From Spirochaetia bacterium (GTDB taxonomy: Bacteria > Spirochaetota > Spirochaetia > WTKD01 > G963693115): 64,000 nucleotides of DNA. The position numbers were made by a program, and so were the translations under genes. The notes beneath the pieces were generated by a model. It was not told the DNA's origin. It saw only the letters and a list, made by a program, of their open reading frames with translations, and ran no database searches. The first letter of the stretch is position 1; the number at the start of each line of letters is the position of its first letter. This document shows, piece by piece, positions 20,318 to 30,395 of the stretch. The stretch is taken from NCBI GenBank assembly GCA_965216965.1, contig CBDCGX010000052.1, forward strand, positions 35,195 to 99,194, given 5' to 3'.

Positions 20318-21113
20318 ATGGACGCCGCAAAATCACACAATAAAAAACTAACCATAACAATAGTACTTACGGATAATGTTTACTTTATTGTTTTTATTAT
20401 TAGCTACTTGTAATGCCATTTCTACTATCAAAAATATTGAAAACAACGGGGATGGCGATCCTCCTATTGGATCTATTGGAGTTGCAACAGCAATGATCTG
20501 TTCAATAAATAAAATGTTAACCGCACGCCTTCTGGTTACAGAAAAGGCATGTTTTTATATCAAACGCACAAAATACATAAAACCCGTATCTTTTTGTAGG
20601 CACAATACTTTACAAAAGTTATGATATAATATATCATACTATGGTAGCTCCAATCTTATGCAACAAATTGGTTTTTATTTTAAAGTCTTAGAAAAATATG
20701 ATGTCATTGATATTATCCCCTGTCTAGGTTGGGAAGGCAATCCCGATAACACACAAGGCTTAATGGCATTAGAACAATTAATAGAATGTATCCAGATTAT
20801 TTATACACGTACTGGAGTCTATCCTATGTTATACGGAAGTTATTGGATGTTGTGTCAACTAGGGAACGAACAAGGAACATCCGAACTAGCAAAATGTCCA
20901 TTATGGCAAGCATTTTATTCTAATGTATTTGGTTATTTGGATGGAATTTGTAAGCAATGGAGTATATTACAATACACTGATGGTGCTTTAGGTCCAGAAC
21001 CACATAGTTTTACAGGTATTGGCAAAGAAGTGGATCGTAATATTTTCAATGGCACCGAAAGTAATGTTATATCTTTTGGGAAAAATAATAATATAAAAAA
21101 GAGTGGAAAATGA
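20318..21113 (+). pseudogene. Decayed GH25 muramidase, probably once a lipoprotein
   Basis: The 3' ORF has GH25 C-terminal features (TGVYPMLYG, PLWQAFY, QYTDG..GP.PH...GIG..DRNIFNG). The 5' part, from ATG 20318 behind AGGAG, is broken across frames and includes FLLLATC. Confidence 0.6.
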
Positions 21114-22096
21114 ATACTACACATTGGGATTTTTTACAAGATGGCGATACAATAGACATTATAGCACCTTCTTCACCACCAGGAGACCCCCTAAAAACAA
21201 TTAAAGCTGTTCAAGATTATTTTTCAGAAAATACAAAGTTAAAATTACATATTCCTTCAGACATGATAGAACCAACTATTCCTCTTAATGAGGCTAATAC
21301 TATTAAAAAACGGGTGGAATTTATCAAACAAGCTTTAGAATCAGACTCAAAAGCTATTTGGGCAATTCTTGGTGGTGGATGGGGCTGTGAACTTTTAGGC
21401 AGCTTAAAAAAAACATTAGATATTTCTAAAGCCAAGTTCAAACCTATTATAGGGTATAGTGATGTCACTGCCTTGCATGTTTTTTTTAATAATTATTGGA
21501 AACGTCCCACATTACACGGCGTGGTATTAGGTGCTAACGGTGATATCAATAGTGATACTTCTTTTAATAAAACTCATATTGAAAACATGTTGAATGTACT
21601 TTATGGAAAAGAATCCGAATTAAACTATACTTTTGAAGTCTTAAATTATAATAAAGTGCAATTTGATACAATCAATACAAGTATTGTAGGCGGTAACTCC
21701 TTAGTAATAAACAGCTTAAATGGTGCAAGGAGCTTTAATTTTGAGACAAAAGGAAAAACTTTGTTTATAGAATCCATAGCAATTAACCCTGGAATGTTAT
21801 CTAGAATACTAAATGGCTTGTTATATAGTGACGCAGTACAAAACGCAAATGCAATTATTATAGGAAACTTTGTTGAACATGGTGGAAAACCCAACCCTGC
21901 TTTGATAGAAGAACGCTATGAGTACTTGAGGGTTTTCTTTGCAAATAGAATAAATGTACCTGTATTATTCTCTAAAAACTTTGGACACGGACCAGTTAAT
22001 TTTGCCTTTCCTTTACACACTCTTGCTACAATAAAAAACAGTGGGAATGAACAAGCATCTCTAACTATTAGTGCAAATCAGAATTGTACTAACTAA
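21110..22096 (+). CDS. LD-carboxypeptidase (peptidase S66, LdcA/MccF family)
   Basis: IIAPSS, IIGYSDVTALH (Ser), LFIE (Glu), FGHG (His). Confidence 0.88.
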   Translation: MNTTHWDFLQDGDTIDIIAPSSPPGDPLKTIKAVQDYFSENTKLKLHIPSDMIEPTIPLNEANTIKKRVEFIKQALESDSKAIWAILGGGWGCELLGSLKKTLDISKAKFKPIIGYSDVTALHVFFNNYWKRPTLHGVVLGANGDINSDTSFNKTHIENMLNVLYGKESELNYTFEVLNYNKVQFDTINTSIVGGNSLVINSLNGARSFNFETKGKTLFIESIAINPGMLSRILNGLLYSDAVQNANAIIIGNFVEHGGKPNPALIEERYEYLRVFFANRINVPVLFSKNFGHGPVNFAFPLHTLATIKNSGNEQASLTISANQNCTN

Positions 22097-22176
22097 TGTA
22101 CTTAGTGGAACTGCTCCTTAAATATATATAAAGACTCATAATATGAGTACGCCTTTCTGATTACAGACAGAGAAAA

Positions 22177-22227
22177 GGTATTTTTTACGTAAACATGCAC
22201 AATGTGCATGTTTACGTAAAAAATACC
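22177..22227. repeat. Perfect 51-bp palindrome (25-bp arms, 1-nt centre)
   Basis: GGTATTTTTTACGTAAACATGCACA-A-TGTGCATGTTTACGTAAAAAATACC. Confidence 0.95.
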
Positions 22228-22287
22228 CTACACAATTAATGTGTATTAGTATATAATAATACCATATTATACACTAATACGTGGGAC

Positions 22288-22569
22288 ATGAAAATGGAAA
22301 ATTATTATTACAAATGGAACCACTCTCAAAATAATAAAAAACAATACAAGGTGGAAACCACAAACCATGCGGTATCTGGTCATGTTATCAGTACAGGGAA
22401 AACGAAAGACTGGCATGTAACAACACTCTTTTTATTCTTCATGTTCCCCTTACTGCTTGTTCTGTTATGGATATCAAACCGCAACAACAGCACCGCTAGC
22501 GAAAATATGGGTATAACCGCTATAGCAAAGACTTGTGCAACTAATCTGATAGAGGGTATATGTCAATAA
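22288..22569 (+). CDS. Small hypothetical single-pass membrane protein
   Basis: 93 aa with one hydrophobic stretch (TLFLFFMFPLLLVLLWIS); overlaps the pckA start by 10 nt; no recognisable family. Confidence 0.35.
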   Translation: MKMENYYYKWNHSQNNKKQYKVETTNHAVSGHVISTGKTKDWHVTTLFLFFMFPLLLVLLWISNRNNSTASENMGITAIAKTCATNLIEGICQ

Positions 22570-24173
22570 ATAATTATCACGAACATGTAGTTCCTTATAA
22601 TTTGTCATCGCTGGGAATTACTAGCCCACTAATTTTAAGGAATCTTGCTGTGCCCATATTGTATGAAGAAGCTATACGCTACGAGAAAGGATCAATACTT
22701 TCAGACACTGGATCACTCGCCGTAACATCCCATAAATATACAGGAAGACTTCCAAAAGAAAAAAGAATTGTAAAAGACAAAAATACAAAAAACACCATCG
22801 CATGGGGGGACATTAATATTCCAATAGATGACCATGCATATCTCATTAGTAGATCGCGTGCTCTTGACTATTTAAACTCCCGTAATCGTATTTATGTTGT
22901 AGATAGCTTTGCAGGATGGGATAAAAACCATAGGATAAAAGTACGTACTATTTGTTCTCGTGCATATCATGCAATATTTATGACAAACATGCTTATTGTT
23001 CCCACTACCAAAGAACTAGAATCATATGGCAATCCTGATTATACCATTATAAATGCAGGAGTATTTCCTGCCAACAAACATTCCCTTGGCATTACATCTG
23101 ATGCCTCAGTTATTATTCATTTTACTCGAAAAGAAATGACCATTCTTGGTACCGAATATGCAGGTGAAATGAAGAAAGGATTGTTTTGTATAATAAATTA
23201 TCTCATGCCGTTTAAAAAAATACTACCCATGCACTGTGCAGCTAATGTTGATAGTAAAGAAAACACTACTTTGCTTTTTGGACTTTCTGGAACAGGAAAG
23301 ACAACTCTTTCTAGCGACCAAAGTAGACACCTTGTTGGAGATGATGAACACTGCTGGTCTGATGACGGCATCTTTAATATAGAAGGTGGCTGTTATGCAA
23401 AATGCACCAAACCACCTAGTAACATAAAAAAATGCATTACCTTCGGTGCCTTGTTAGAAAACCTTACATACGACTTAAATACACGTGAGATGAATTATTC
23501 AGATGAATCCATTACTTCTAATACACGATCAGCATATCCTCTTTCACACGTAAAAAATGTTAAAACGCCAGCAGTTTCTTCTCACCCCAATAATATAATA
23601 TTTCTCACATGCGATGTGTTTGGAGTACTACCTCCTATTGCAAAACTAAACGAAAAACAAGCATTATACCATTTTATTAGCGGATATACATCAAAAACCC
23701 CCAATACAGAAGTAGGTATTACAGAACCCACCGCTACATTTTCTGCTTGTTTTGGAGAAGTGTTTTTTCCCCTTACCCCAATTCAATATGCAATGTTATT
23801 TCGTCAAAAAATAAAACAACACAAAGCAACAGTATGGCTCATAAATACGGGATGGGTGGATGGAAATTTCCATACAGGGAGTAGAATCTCCCTTAAAACA
23901 ACCAAAAACATTGTTGCTGCTATTCATGACAATAGAATGACACAAGCCACCTTTAGGAAAGATCCTGTGTTTGGATTTGATATTTGCATTCAATGCAAAA
24001 GAATCTCTGAAATTTTAGATCCTAGAGAAGCATGGAGAGACAAACAAGCATATGACAAACAAGCTCTCATGCTTGCAACAATGTTTAATAAAAACATAGA
24101 AAGATTTGATAATAATTCTATTATTATTGAAGGTGGTCCAATACTACGAAAAAACAAAAAGAAATCATCCTAA
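22560..24173 (+). CDS. pckA: Phosphoenolpyruvate carboxykinase (ATP)
   Basis: GTEYAGEMKKG, PMHCAAN, FGLSGTGKTTLS, LVGDDEHCW, NIEGGCYAK. Confidence 0.96.
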   Translation: MSINNYHEHVVPYNLSSLGITSPLILRNLAVPILYEEAIRYEKGSILSDTGSLAVTSHKYTGRLPKEKRIVKDKNTKNTIAWGDINIPIDDHAYLISRSRALDYLNSRNRIYVVDSFAGWDKNHRIKVRTICSRAYHAIFMTNMLIVPTTKELESYGNPDYTIINAGVFPANKHSLGITSDASVIIHFTRKEMTILGTEYAGEMKKGLFCIINYLMPFKKILPMHCAANVDSKENTTLLFGLSGTGKTTLSSDQSRHLVGDDEHCWSDDGIFNIEGGCYAKCTKPPSNIKKCITFGALLENLTYDLNTREMNYSDESITSNTRSAYPLSHVKNVKTPAVSSHPNNIIFLTCDVFGVLPPIAKLNEKQALYHFISGYTSKTPNTEVGITEPTATFSACFGEVFFPLTPIQYAMLFRQKIKQHKATVWLINTGWVDGNFHTGSRISLKTTKNIVAAIHDNRMTQATFRKDPVFGFDICIQCKRISEILDPREAWRDKQAYDKQALMLATMFNKNIERFDNNSIIIEGGPILRKNKKKSS

Positions 24174-24235
24174 TCCATAGTAAGATACTTAGATTTCTTT
24201 ACACACGCTCATAACCTACTAGAATCACTGCCTTT

Positions 24236-24949
24236 TTAATAATAAACACTATTTATATAAAGCCAAGTTGCAAAGCTACTTTGTGCTTGTTCCTCCGTAT
24301 TAGGCAAAGGCTCAATCTTAAGACAAGAAACACTACAATTAGATATTTTCACAATAGGCACCCATGCATTTACATGCTCTCCTTGCATTCCAAAAGAGGT
24401 TTTAAAGATCCATTGCATAAAACCTCCATGTGATACTACACCAATATGTTTATTCCCCTGCTGTGCTAGCTCATATAATATATGCCACATTTTCTGTGCT
24501 CGATTGAGCAATTCAGTAATTGTTTCTGCGTGAGGAATAGCTTCCCAACTACGATGTTTAAACGCTCTAAAAAGCTCCGGAGTTTCTTTTTCGATATCCA
24601 CAATTTTTTTCTTTTCTAAAACACCCCCATGGATTTCCATAAGATATTTACATTCAATAAGGGATAATGCACTATTGTTATAAGCACTATGAATAATCTT
24701 TGCTGTATGTTTTGATCGCCCTATAGGAGAATATATAATAGTACTTAGCGGAATTGATCGTGCAAAATGTGCTCCTGTAACCTCTGCTTGCACTACTCCC
24801 TCATTTGTAAGTGGAGTTTCAGTTCTCCCTGCTATAACATGTGCTTTATTATATTCTGACTGCGCATGTCTTACAAAATAAATATTTATTTCTTGAGAAA
24901 GCTGAGAAAATAAAGATAATATAGTATTCATAATATTATTAGTATACAT
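24236..24949 (-). CDS. Histidine phosphatase family protein
   Basis: FVRHAQS, SPIGRS, VVSHGG motifs. Confidence 0.85.
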   Translation of the reverse strand: MYTNNIMNTILSLFSQLSQEINIYFVRHAQSEYNKAHVIAGRTETPLTNEGVVQAEVTGAHFARSIPLSTIIYSPIGRSKHTAKIIHSAYNNSALSLIECKYLMEIHGGVLEKKKIVDIEKETPELFRAFKHRSWEAIPHAETITELLNRAQKMWHILYELAQQGNKHIGVVSHGGFMQWIFKTSFGMQGEHVNAWVPIVKISNCSVSCLKIEPLPNTEEQAQSSFATWLYINSVYY

Positions 24950-25019
24950 AATAATATTATTTATTATGTATGTGTAATAATATAATTATATAAATGTAAG
25001 AAAAATTCAGATCTAAATT

Positions 25020-26750
25020 ATGACAAATAGTATTATTATCATTATATATTTCATTGTGCTTATCACACTTGGTTTTTATTTTAGAAAAAGAAATAAAACA
25101 AGTAATGATTTTTTTTACGGAAGTGGAAAAATCCCATGGACATGGGTTGGTATTTCTGCATTTGTAAGCCAATTCTCTGCATCAAGCTTTACCATTATTG
25201 CAGGACAAGCATATACTGATGGATTTAGTGTGCTTATAATATATTGGGCAAGTGCTCTTTCATTTATAATTGCAGCTCTCTATTTTGCTCCCAAACTACG
25301 CCAACTCAATATAGCAAATCCTGTAGAGGCAGTACGAATGCGCTTTGGAAAAACAAACGAAAAAATACTTGCATTATTAAGCATTCCTAATTATCTTATA
25401 TTTCCAGCGTTATGGGTAAATGCTCTTGCAGTATTTATAAGTGGAGCATTTAATATAAACACAACTCTTATAATTATTATTATAGGAACAATTACTATTG
25501 TAATGAGCTCTATGGGAGGAAGCTGGACTATTGTATCATCAGATTTTATTCAATTTATTATTATTGCAAGCCTTGGCATAAGTACTGCTGTTGTATCATT
25601 TGGAAAAATAGGAGGCATATCTGGATTATTAAAACATATTCCTACATCAAGCATCGTTCCCAATAACATGCAACTCATTATATTTGCTATTTGGGCAGTC
25701 TATATGGCATCACAAAAATTTTTAAATACAAATTGCATTCTTAATACCATACGGTTTAATGCTGTAGAAAACTCTACTGCTGCAAGAAAAGCGGCATGGC
25801 TTGCAGCAATTATTTATGTACTAGGTTCATTTATATGGTTTGTCCCCGCATGGGCATCTTCTATACTTATTCCTAATATACAAGAGGTATATCCAAACCT
25901 TACACGACCTACAATGGCCGCTTATCTTGCCTTTGTGCAATCGTTCATGCCAGCAGGCATGGTAGGACTTTCTGTAGCAGCATTATTTGCAGCAACTATG
26001 TCTTCTGTAGACTCAAGCCTCAATTGGTGTGCTGGATTTATAACCCGTAGTTTTTATAAAACACACAAAGATTTATCTACAAAAAAAGACATATCAATAG
26101 CACGAATTTATACTGCTATATTTGGCATAATAACTATCATTATTGCTTTATACTACGAAACATTAAAAACAACTTCACTCTTTGACCTTACTTTTCAGCT
26201 TATTACCTATGTATATATTCCAACAGTCATACCTATGTTTCTTGTTTTTTGGATAAAAAAAACTCCCGACTGGAGCTTTCCTATTACTATCATTTTTGGG
26301 TTTATAATATCAATGTTTCTAACATATAAAAGCTCACTTATAAATAATACTATTACGCACATTGCTTCTATTCTTAATATGGAAAAATTAAGTTCTCAAG
26401 ATATTAGAACAGTCTCTACTTTTGTGGGTTTGTTGTTCCAAATCTTCTTTACAGGAGGGTTTTTTATTGCAAGCAGAATGTTTTTTAAAGGATACTCAAC
26501 TCAACGAAACCCCGCTGTACATGATTTCTATACACGTCTTGCCACACCAATTACAAAAACATCTTCTCCCTCTTGGATAAAAGAAAGCAAATCATTTATT
26601 AACACACTTGCTATACTTATAGTAATAGTTATGCTTGAGGTCTTCTTTTTATTGCATATATCTTTAATATTATTTTTAATTGTTGTATTATTTTCTATAG
26701 TAGTTGTGTTTATTTATAGTTACTATAAAAAACAAAAGAGCTTTTTATAG
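25020..26750 (+). CDS. Sodium:solute symporter (SSS family)
   Basis: DFFYGSGKIPW, SASSFT..AG.AY, GMVGLSVAALFAATMSSVDS; many hydrophobic segments. Confidence 0.88.
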   Translation: MTNSIIIIIYFIVLITLGFYFRKRNKTSNDFFYGSGKIPWTWVGISAFVSQFSASSFTIIAGQAYTDGFSVLIIYWASALSFIIAALYFAPKLRQLNIANPVEAVRMRFGKTNEKILALLSIPNYLIFPALWVNALAVFISGAFNINTTLIIIIIGTITIVMSSMGGSWTIVSSDFIQFIIIASLGISTAVVSFGKIGGISGLLKHIPTSSIVPNNMQLIIFAIWAVYMASQKFLNTNCILNTIRFNAVENSTAARKAAWLAAIIYVLGSFIWFVPAWASSILIPNIQEVYPNLTRPTMAAYLAFVQSFMPAGMVGLSVAALFAATMSSVDSSLNWCAGFITRSFYKTHKDLSTKKDISIARIYTAIFGIITIIIALYYETLKTTSLFDLTFQLITYVYIPTVIPMFLVFWIKKTPDWSFPITIIFGFIISMFLTYKSSLINNTITHIASILNMEKLSSQDIRTVSTFVGLLFQIFFTGGFFIASRMFFKGYSTQRNPAVHDFYTRLATPITKTSSPSWIKESKSFINTLAILIVIVMLEVFFLLHISLILFLIVVLFSIVVVFIYSYYKKQKSFL

Positions 26751-26777
26751 CAAGCCCTATGCCATAATTATAAACAA

Positions 26778-28145
26778 CTATATTTGTAAGTGATCAATTT
26801 TTTTAAGAGATTCTTCTATTTCAGCATCACTTACTGTGTGCTGTACAAGATGCCCTTCAAAATAATCTTGATATGCTTTCATATCAAAAAAACCATGCCC
26901 ACTAAGGTTAAATAGCAACACTTCCGATAAGTTTTCTTCTTTACATCGTTGTGCCTCTTTTATCACCGCAGCTATTGCATACGATGATTCTGGAGCAGGA
27001 ATAATTCCTTCGCTTTTTGCAAAAGTAATAGCTGCATTAAAACATGATAATTGATCATATGCTATTGCTTCTATTAAACCATCCTTAAGAAGTTGACTCA
27101 CAATAACACCAGCTCCATGATATCGCAACCCTCCCGCATGTATTGGTGCTGGTATAAAATCATGCCCAAGTGAAAACATTGGTAAAAGAGGCGTTAGCCC
27201 AACTACATCTCCAAAATCATATTTAAATTTTCCTCGAGTAAGCTTTGGACACGATGTTGGTTCTACTGCCACACATCGTATTTTCTGATTTTCTGTAAAG
27301 TTTTTCTCCAAAAATGGGAAGCTAATTCCCGCAAAATTAGAACCACCACCAAAGGGAGCAATTATTACATTGGGAAGATCTTCTCCTATTTTCTCTAATT
27401 GTAAAAGTACTTCTTGTCCAATAACAGTCTGATGCATAAGCACATGATTAAGCACACTTCCAAGAGAGTACTTTGTATTTTCGTCTTTTGTAGCCTTTTC
27501 TATAGCTTCAGATATAGCTATTCCTAAACTTCCAGGCGAAGATGGATCTTGTTCTAAGATCTTCTTTCCTGATTCTGTAAAATTTGTTGGAGAAGAATGT
27601 ACAGTAGCACCCCATGTATTCATCATTATTTTTCTATAAGGTTTTGATTCATAGCTTACCTTGACCATATATACTTCGCACTCAATATCAAACATACTAC
27701 ATGCAAAACTCAACGCACTTCCCCATTGCCCTGCTCCAGTTTCAGTTGTGATTTTTTTTACTCCTTCTTGCTTATTGTAATATGCCTGTGCTACAGCAGT
27801 ATTAGGTTTATGCGATCCCGCAGGACTTCCCCCCTCATACTTAAAATATATTCGTGCTGGTGTATCAAGTGCTTTCTCAAATTCATAAGCTCGCACCAAC
27901 GGAGTCCCCCTCCAGAGCTTATATATATCTCTTACTTGTTCTGGGATATCTATCCATTTATCAGAACTTACTTCTTGTTTTATAAGTTCCATAGGAAAAA
28001 GTGGTGTAAGTGCTTCGGGACCTATAGGTTTTTTTGTTGCTGGATGTAAAGGTGGAAGAGGTTTATTAGGCATATCTGATGTTATGTTGTACCATTGCCG
28101 TGGTAATTCTGACTCATTTAAAAATATTTTCTTCACTTTATTCAT
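26778..28145 (-). CDS. trpB2: Stand-alone TrpB2 (TrpB-like PLP enzyme)
   Basis: [56 protein letters not shown]. Start moved to ATG 28145. Confidence 0.92.
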   Translation of the reverse strand: MNKVKKIFLNESELPRQWYNITSDMPNKPLPPLHPATKKPIGPEALTPLFPMELIKQEVSSDKWIDIPEQVRDIYKLWRGTPLVRAYEFEKALDTPARIYFKYEGGSPAGSHKPNTAVAQAYYNKQEGVKKITTETGAGQWGSALSFACSMFDIECEVYMVKVSYESKPYRKIMMNTWGATVHSSPTNFTESGKKILEQDPSSPGSLGIAISEAIEKATKDENTKYSLGSVLNHVLMHQTVIGQEVLLQLEKIGEDLPNVIIAPFGGGSNFAGISFPFLEKNFTENQKIRCVAVEPTSCPKLTRGKFKYDFGDVVGLTPLLPMFSLGHDFIPAPIHAGGLRYHGAGVIVSQLLKDGLIEAIAYDQLSCFNAAITFAKSEGIIPAPESSYAIAAVIKEAQRCKEENLSEVLLFNLSGHGFFDMKAYQDYFEGHLVQHTVSDAEIEESLKKIDHLQI

Positions 28146-28426
28146 GCAAATAATTATACCATAAAATGATTTATTCTTTAACTCTAAGCTCTCATTATAT
28201 ATATCTAAAAAACACATGGAATTCGTAGACCTCAAAAAATAAACTCCGTACAAACTTATGCTCTTCTTTTAAAAAAACTAAAACATTAAAACACCTTTTT
28301 AGACAACTATAAAAAACATGTATAAACTAAATAAACAGAAAAAATTATACGATTTTAAATTAATTGAACATTGACAAATGAAATATTTAGATTATTGGTT
28401 CAGAAAACTTATATACAAAACTGAAG

Positions 28427-28455
28427 TTGACAGAATATAATAAAACCATTATTAT
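28427..28455 (+). promoter_or_regulatory. Sigma70 promoter of tRNA-Ala
   Basis: TTGACA-N17-TATTAT ending 10 nt before the tRNA. Confidence 0.7.
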
Positions 28456-28464
28456 TGAAATGTA

Positions 28465-28538
28465 GGGGGTATAGCTCAGCTGGCTAGAGCACTAGATTTG
28501 CATTCTAGGGGTCATCGGTTCAAGTCCGATTACCTCCA
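28465..28538 (+). tRNA. tRNA-Ala(UGC)
   Basis: GGGGGTA/TACCTCC acceptor stem with G3:U70; anticodon arm CTAGA-TTTGCAT-TCTAG; GGTTCAAGTCC T arm. CCA is not encoded (CTA follows). Confidence 0.97.
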
Positions 28539-28637
28539 CTATATTTTTATAAACCTCCACTTAATCACATATTGCTCTATGTTTTATAGTAATATTAAAA
28601 AGGTGGATTTACAATTATTTTTTTCTAACTACACTTT

Positions 28638-29558
28638 TTAGATTTTAAGATAGTGCTTTATATCTTCACATGTACAGCTGTTTTGAATACAAAACTCATA
28701 TATTGCATCATAGCACTGCAAAGAAAGTTGCGGGTTAGAAAAAGTTGCCGACCCTACTTGTATTGCTCTCGCTCCCGCAAGTAGAAATTGTATAGCATTT
28801 TCTGGTGTTGTAATTCCTCCCACTGCCACTATGGGAATTTGTACAGCATGAGAAAGCCTATTTACAAGCGAAAGTGCTATTGGGAAAATTCCCGCTCCGG
28901 CTAATCCTGCAACACCACGAGCAAAATAAGATTTTTTTTCTTGAATATCTATCCACATTCCAGAAATTGTATTTATACTTGTAAGTGCATCTGCCCCTCC
29001 ATTTTCTGCCGCTCTGCCAAGAGTTTCTATATTTTGTATCGATGGAGGTAATTTTAAAAATAAAGGCTTCTTTGTTATTTTTTTTACCTTTTGAGAAAGC
29101 ATATCAATTCTTTTAGGATCATATCCTATTATACTGCCACCTGCAATATTAGGACAACTAAGATTTAGTTCCCACCCCCATACTTGATTGTGAACATCAT
29201 TATCTTGAATATACGATATAATTTCACAATATTCATCTTCATCTTTTCCAGCAACATTTACAACAACAGCACAAGGATAATTAATAAAACGAGGCAATGT
29301 TTTATTAACAAATGATTTCATCCCTTCATTTGCCAATCCTATGCTATTGAGACTTCCATATGTTAATTCTTTAAGTCGTGGGGCATCATTTCCAATTCGT
29401 GCACGTTTAGTCACACTTTTACATACTATTGCTCCAAGTTTTGTATAATCAATAATATTTTTATATTCTTCTCCATATCCAAACGTTCCCGATGCAGTTA
29501 GTATGGGAGAAAACATAGTTTTCCCTGCAATATGAATTGTCATTATTTTGTTACGCAT
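28638..29558 (-). CDS. pyrD: Dihydroorotate dehydrogenase B, catalytic subunit
   Basis: TASGTFGYG, LNSIGLAN, ELNLSCPN, SINTI, GLAG..IFPIAL; ATG 29558 preferred. Confidence 0.93.
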   Translation of the reverse strand: MRNKIMTIHIAGKTMFSPILTASGTFGYGEEYKNIIDYTKLGAIVCKSVTKRARIGNDAPRLKELTYGSLNSIGLANEGMKSFVNKTLPRFINYPCAVVVNVAGKDEDEYCEIISYIQDNDVHNQVWGWELNLSCPNIAGGSIIGYDPKRIDMLSQKVKKITKKPLFLKLPPSIQNIETLGRAAENGGADALTSINTISGMWIDIQEKKSYFARGVAGLAGAGIFPIALSLVNRLSHAVQIPIVAVGGITTPENAIQFLLAGARAIQVGSATFSNPQLSLQCYDAIYEFCIQNSCTCEDIKHYLKI

Positions 29559-29560
29559 AT

Positions 29561-30358
29561 TTACATCTTCTTCCACATCACATCTTTTGCATTAAAGACT
29601 GTTCCATCAATACATACTCGCTTCCAATCAAAAACGTCTTTATCAGAAATATTGCATTCATTCCGTCTTATGGGTGCAACACATCCCATACATGCCCCCA
29701 CAGAACATGCCATTATAGTCTCAAGTGACACAAATGCTTTTGCTCCTACAGAATGTGCATAACTAGACCCTATACGCATCATAACATCTGGTCCACAAAA
29801 ATAATATACAGTAGCATTAATTCTACCCTTATCTTGCATAAGAATATCAATTACTGTTCCTTTGATTCCTTCACTTCCATCTTCTGTACAAATAATCATA
29901 TCTACTTTACAGTCCTTTATTATCCTATAAGGAATACTGTCTTTATTCCGAAAGCCCAAATAAAAAAACACAGTATATCCCAATGAATAAAGAGTATGTG
30001 CAAAATATATCATAGGACCAATCCCTGTCCCTCCCCCTACCAGTACTACTACATCTTTTGCAAGGGGTGTGGGAAAAGTATTCCCATGGAAACACATAAC
30101 ATCAATAGTATTACCTGGTATACATTGTGAAAGATATTTTGTCCCTTCTCCTTTTACTTCATATAAAAATGAACACACATTGCCAGAAAAAGCACTTATT
30201 GCAAAAGGTTTTCGAAAAGAAAAACATGGTATCATTATTGATAAAAATTGACCAGGAAGTGGAACGGTATCACTTTTATAAGGAAGTTCAAAACTTAAAT
30301 TATACCACATAGAAGCTACTTCATCATTTGTAATGATGGGTAATTTAGAATATAACAC
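29561..30358 (-). CDS. pyrK: Dihydroorotate dehydrogenase electron transfer subunit
   Basis: PGQF, RKPFAI, VGGGTGIGP, CGPDVMM, MACSVGACMGC...RVCIDGTVF. Start moved to GTG 30358. Confidence 0.9.
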   Translation of the reverse strand: MLYSKLPIITNDEVASMWYNLSFELPYKSDTVPLPGQFLSIMIPCFSFRKPFAISAFSGNVCSFLYEVKGEGTKYLSQCIPGNTIDVMCFHGNTFPTPLAKDVVVLVGGGTGIGPMIYFAHTLYSLGYTVFFYLGFRNKDSIPYRIIKDCKVDMIICTEDGSEGIKGTVIDILMQDKGRINATVYYFCGPDVMMRIGSSYAHSVGAKAFVSLETIMACSVGACMGCVAPIRRNECNISDKDVFDWKRVCIDGTVFNAKDVMWKKM

Positions 30359-30395
30359 TACTATAATAGTGTACAATACAAAAGGAGGTATATCA

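Noticed and set aside
22244-22279. TTAGTATA resembling a Borrelia telomere box inside an inverted repeat
   Set aside because: Orientation relative to the symmetry axis looks wrong, the arms are imperfect, and unique sequence flanks both sides.
28532-28561. ACCTCCACT repeated at the tRNA 3' end and 21 bp downstream (possible att scar)
   Set aside because: Only 9 bp, no integrase or cargo, and no distant second copy seen.
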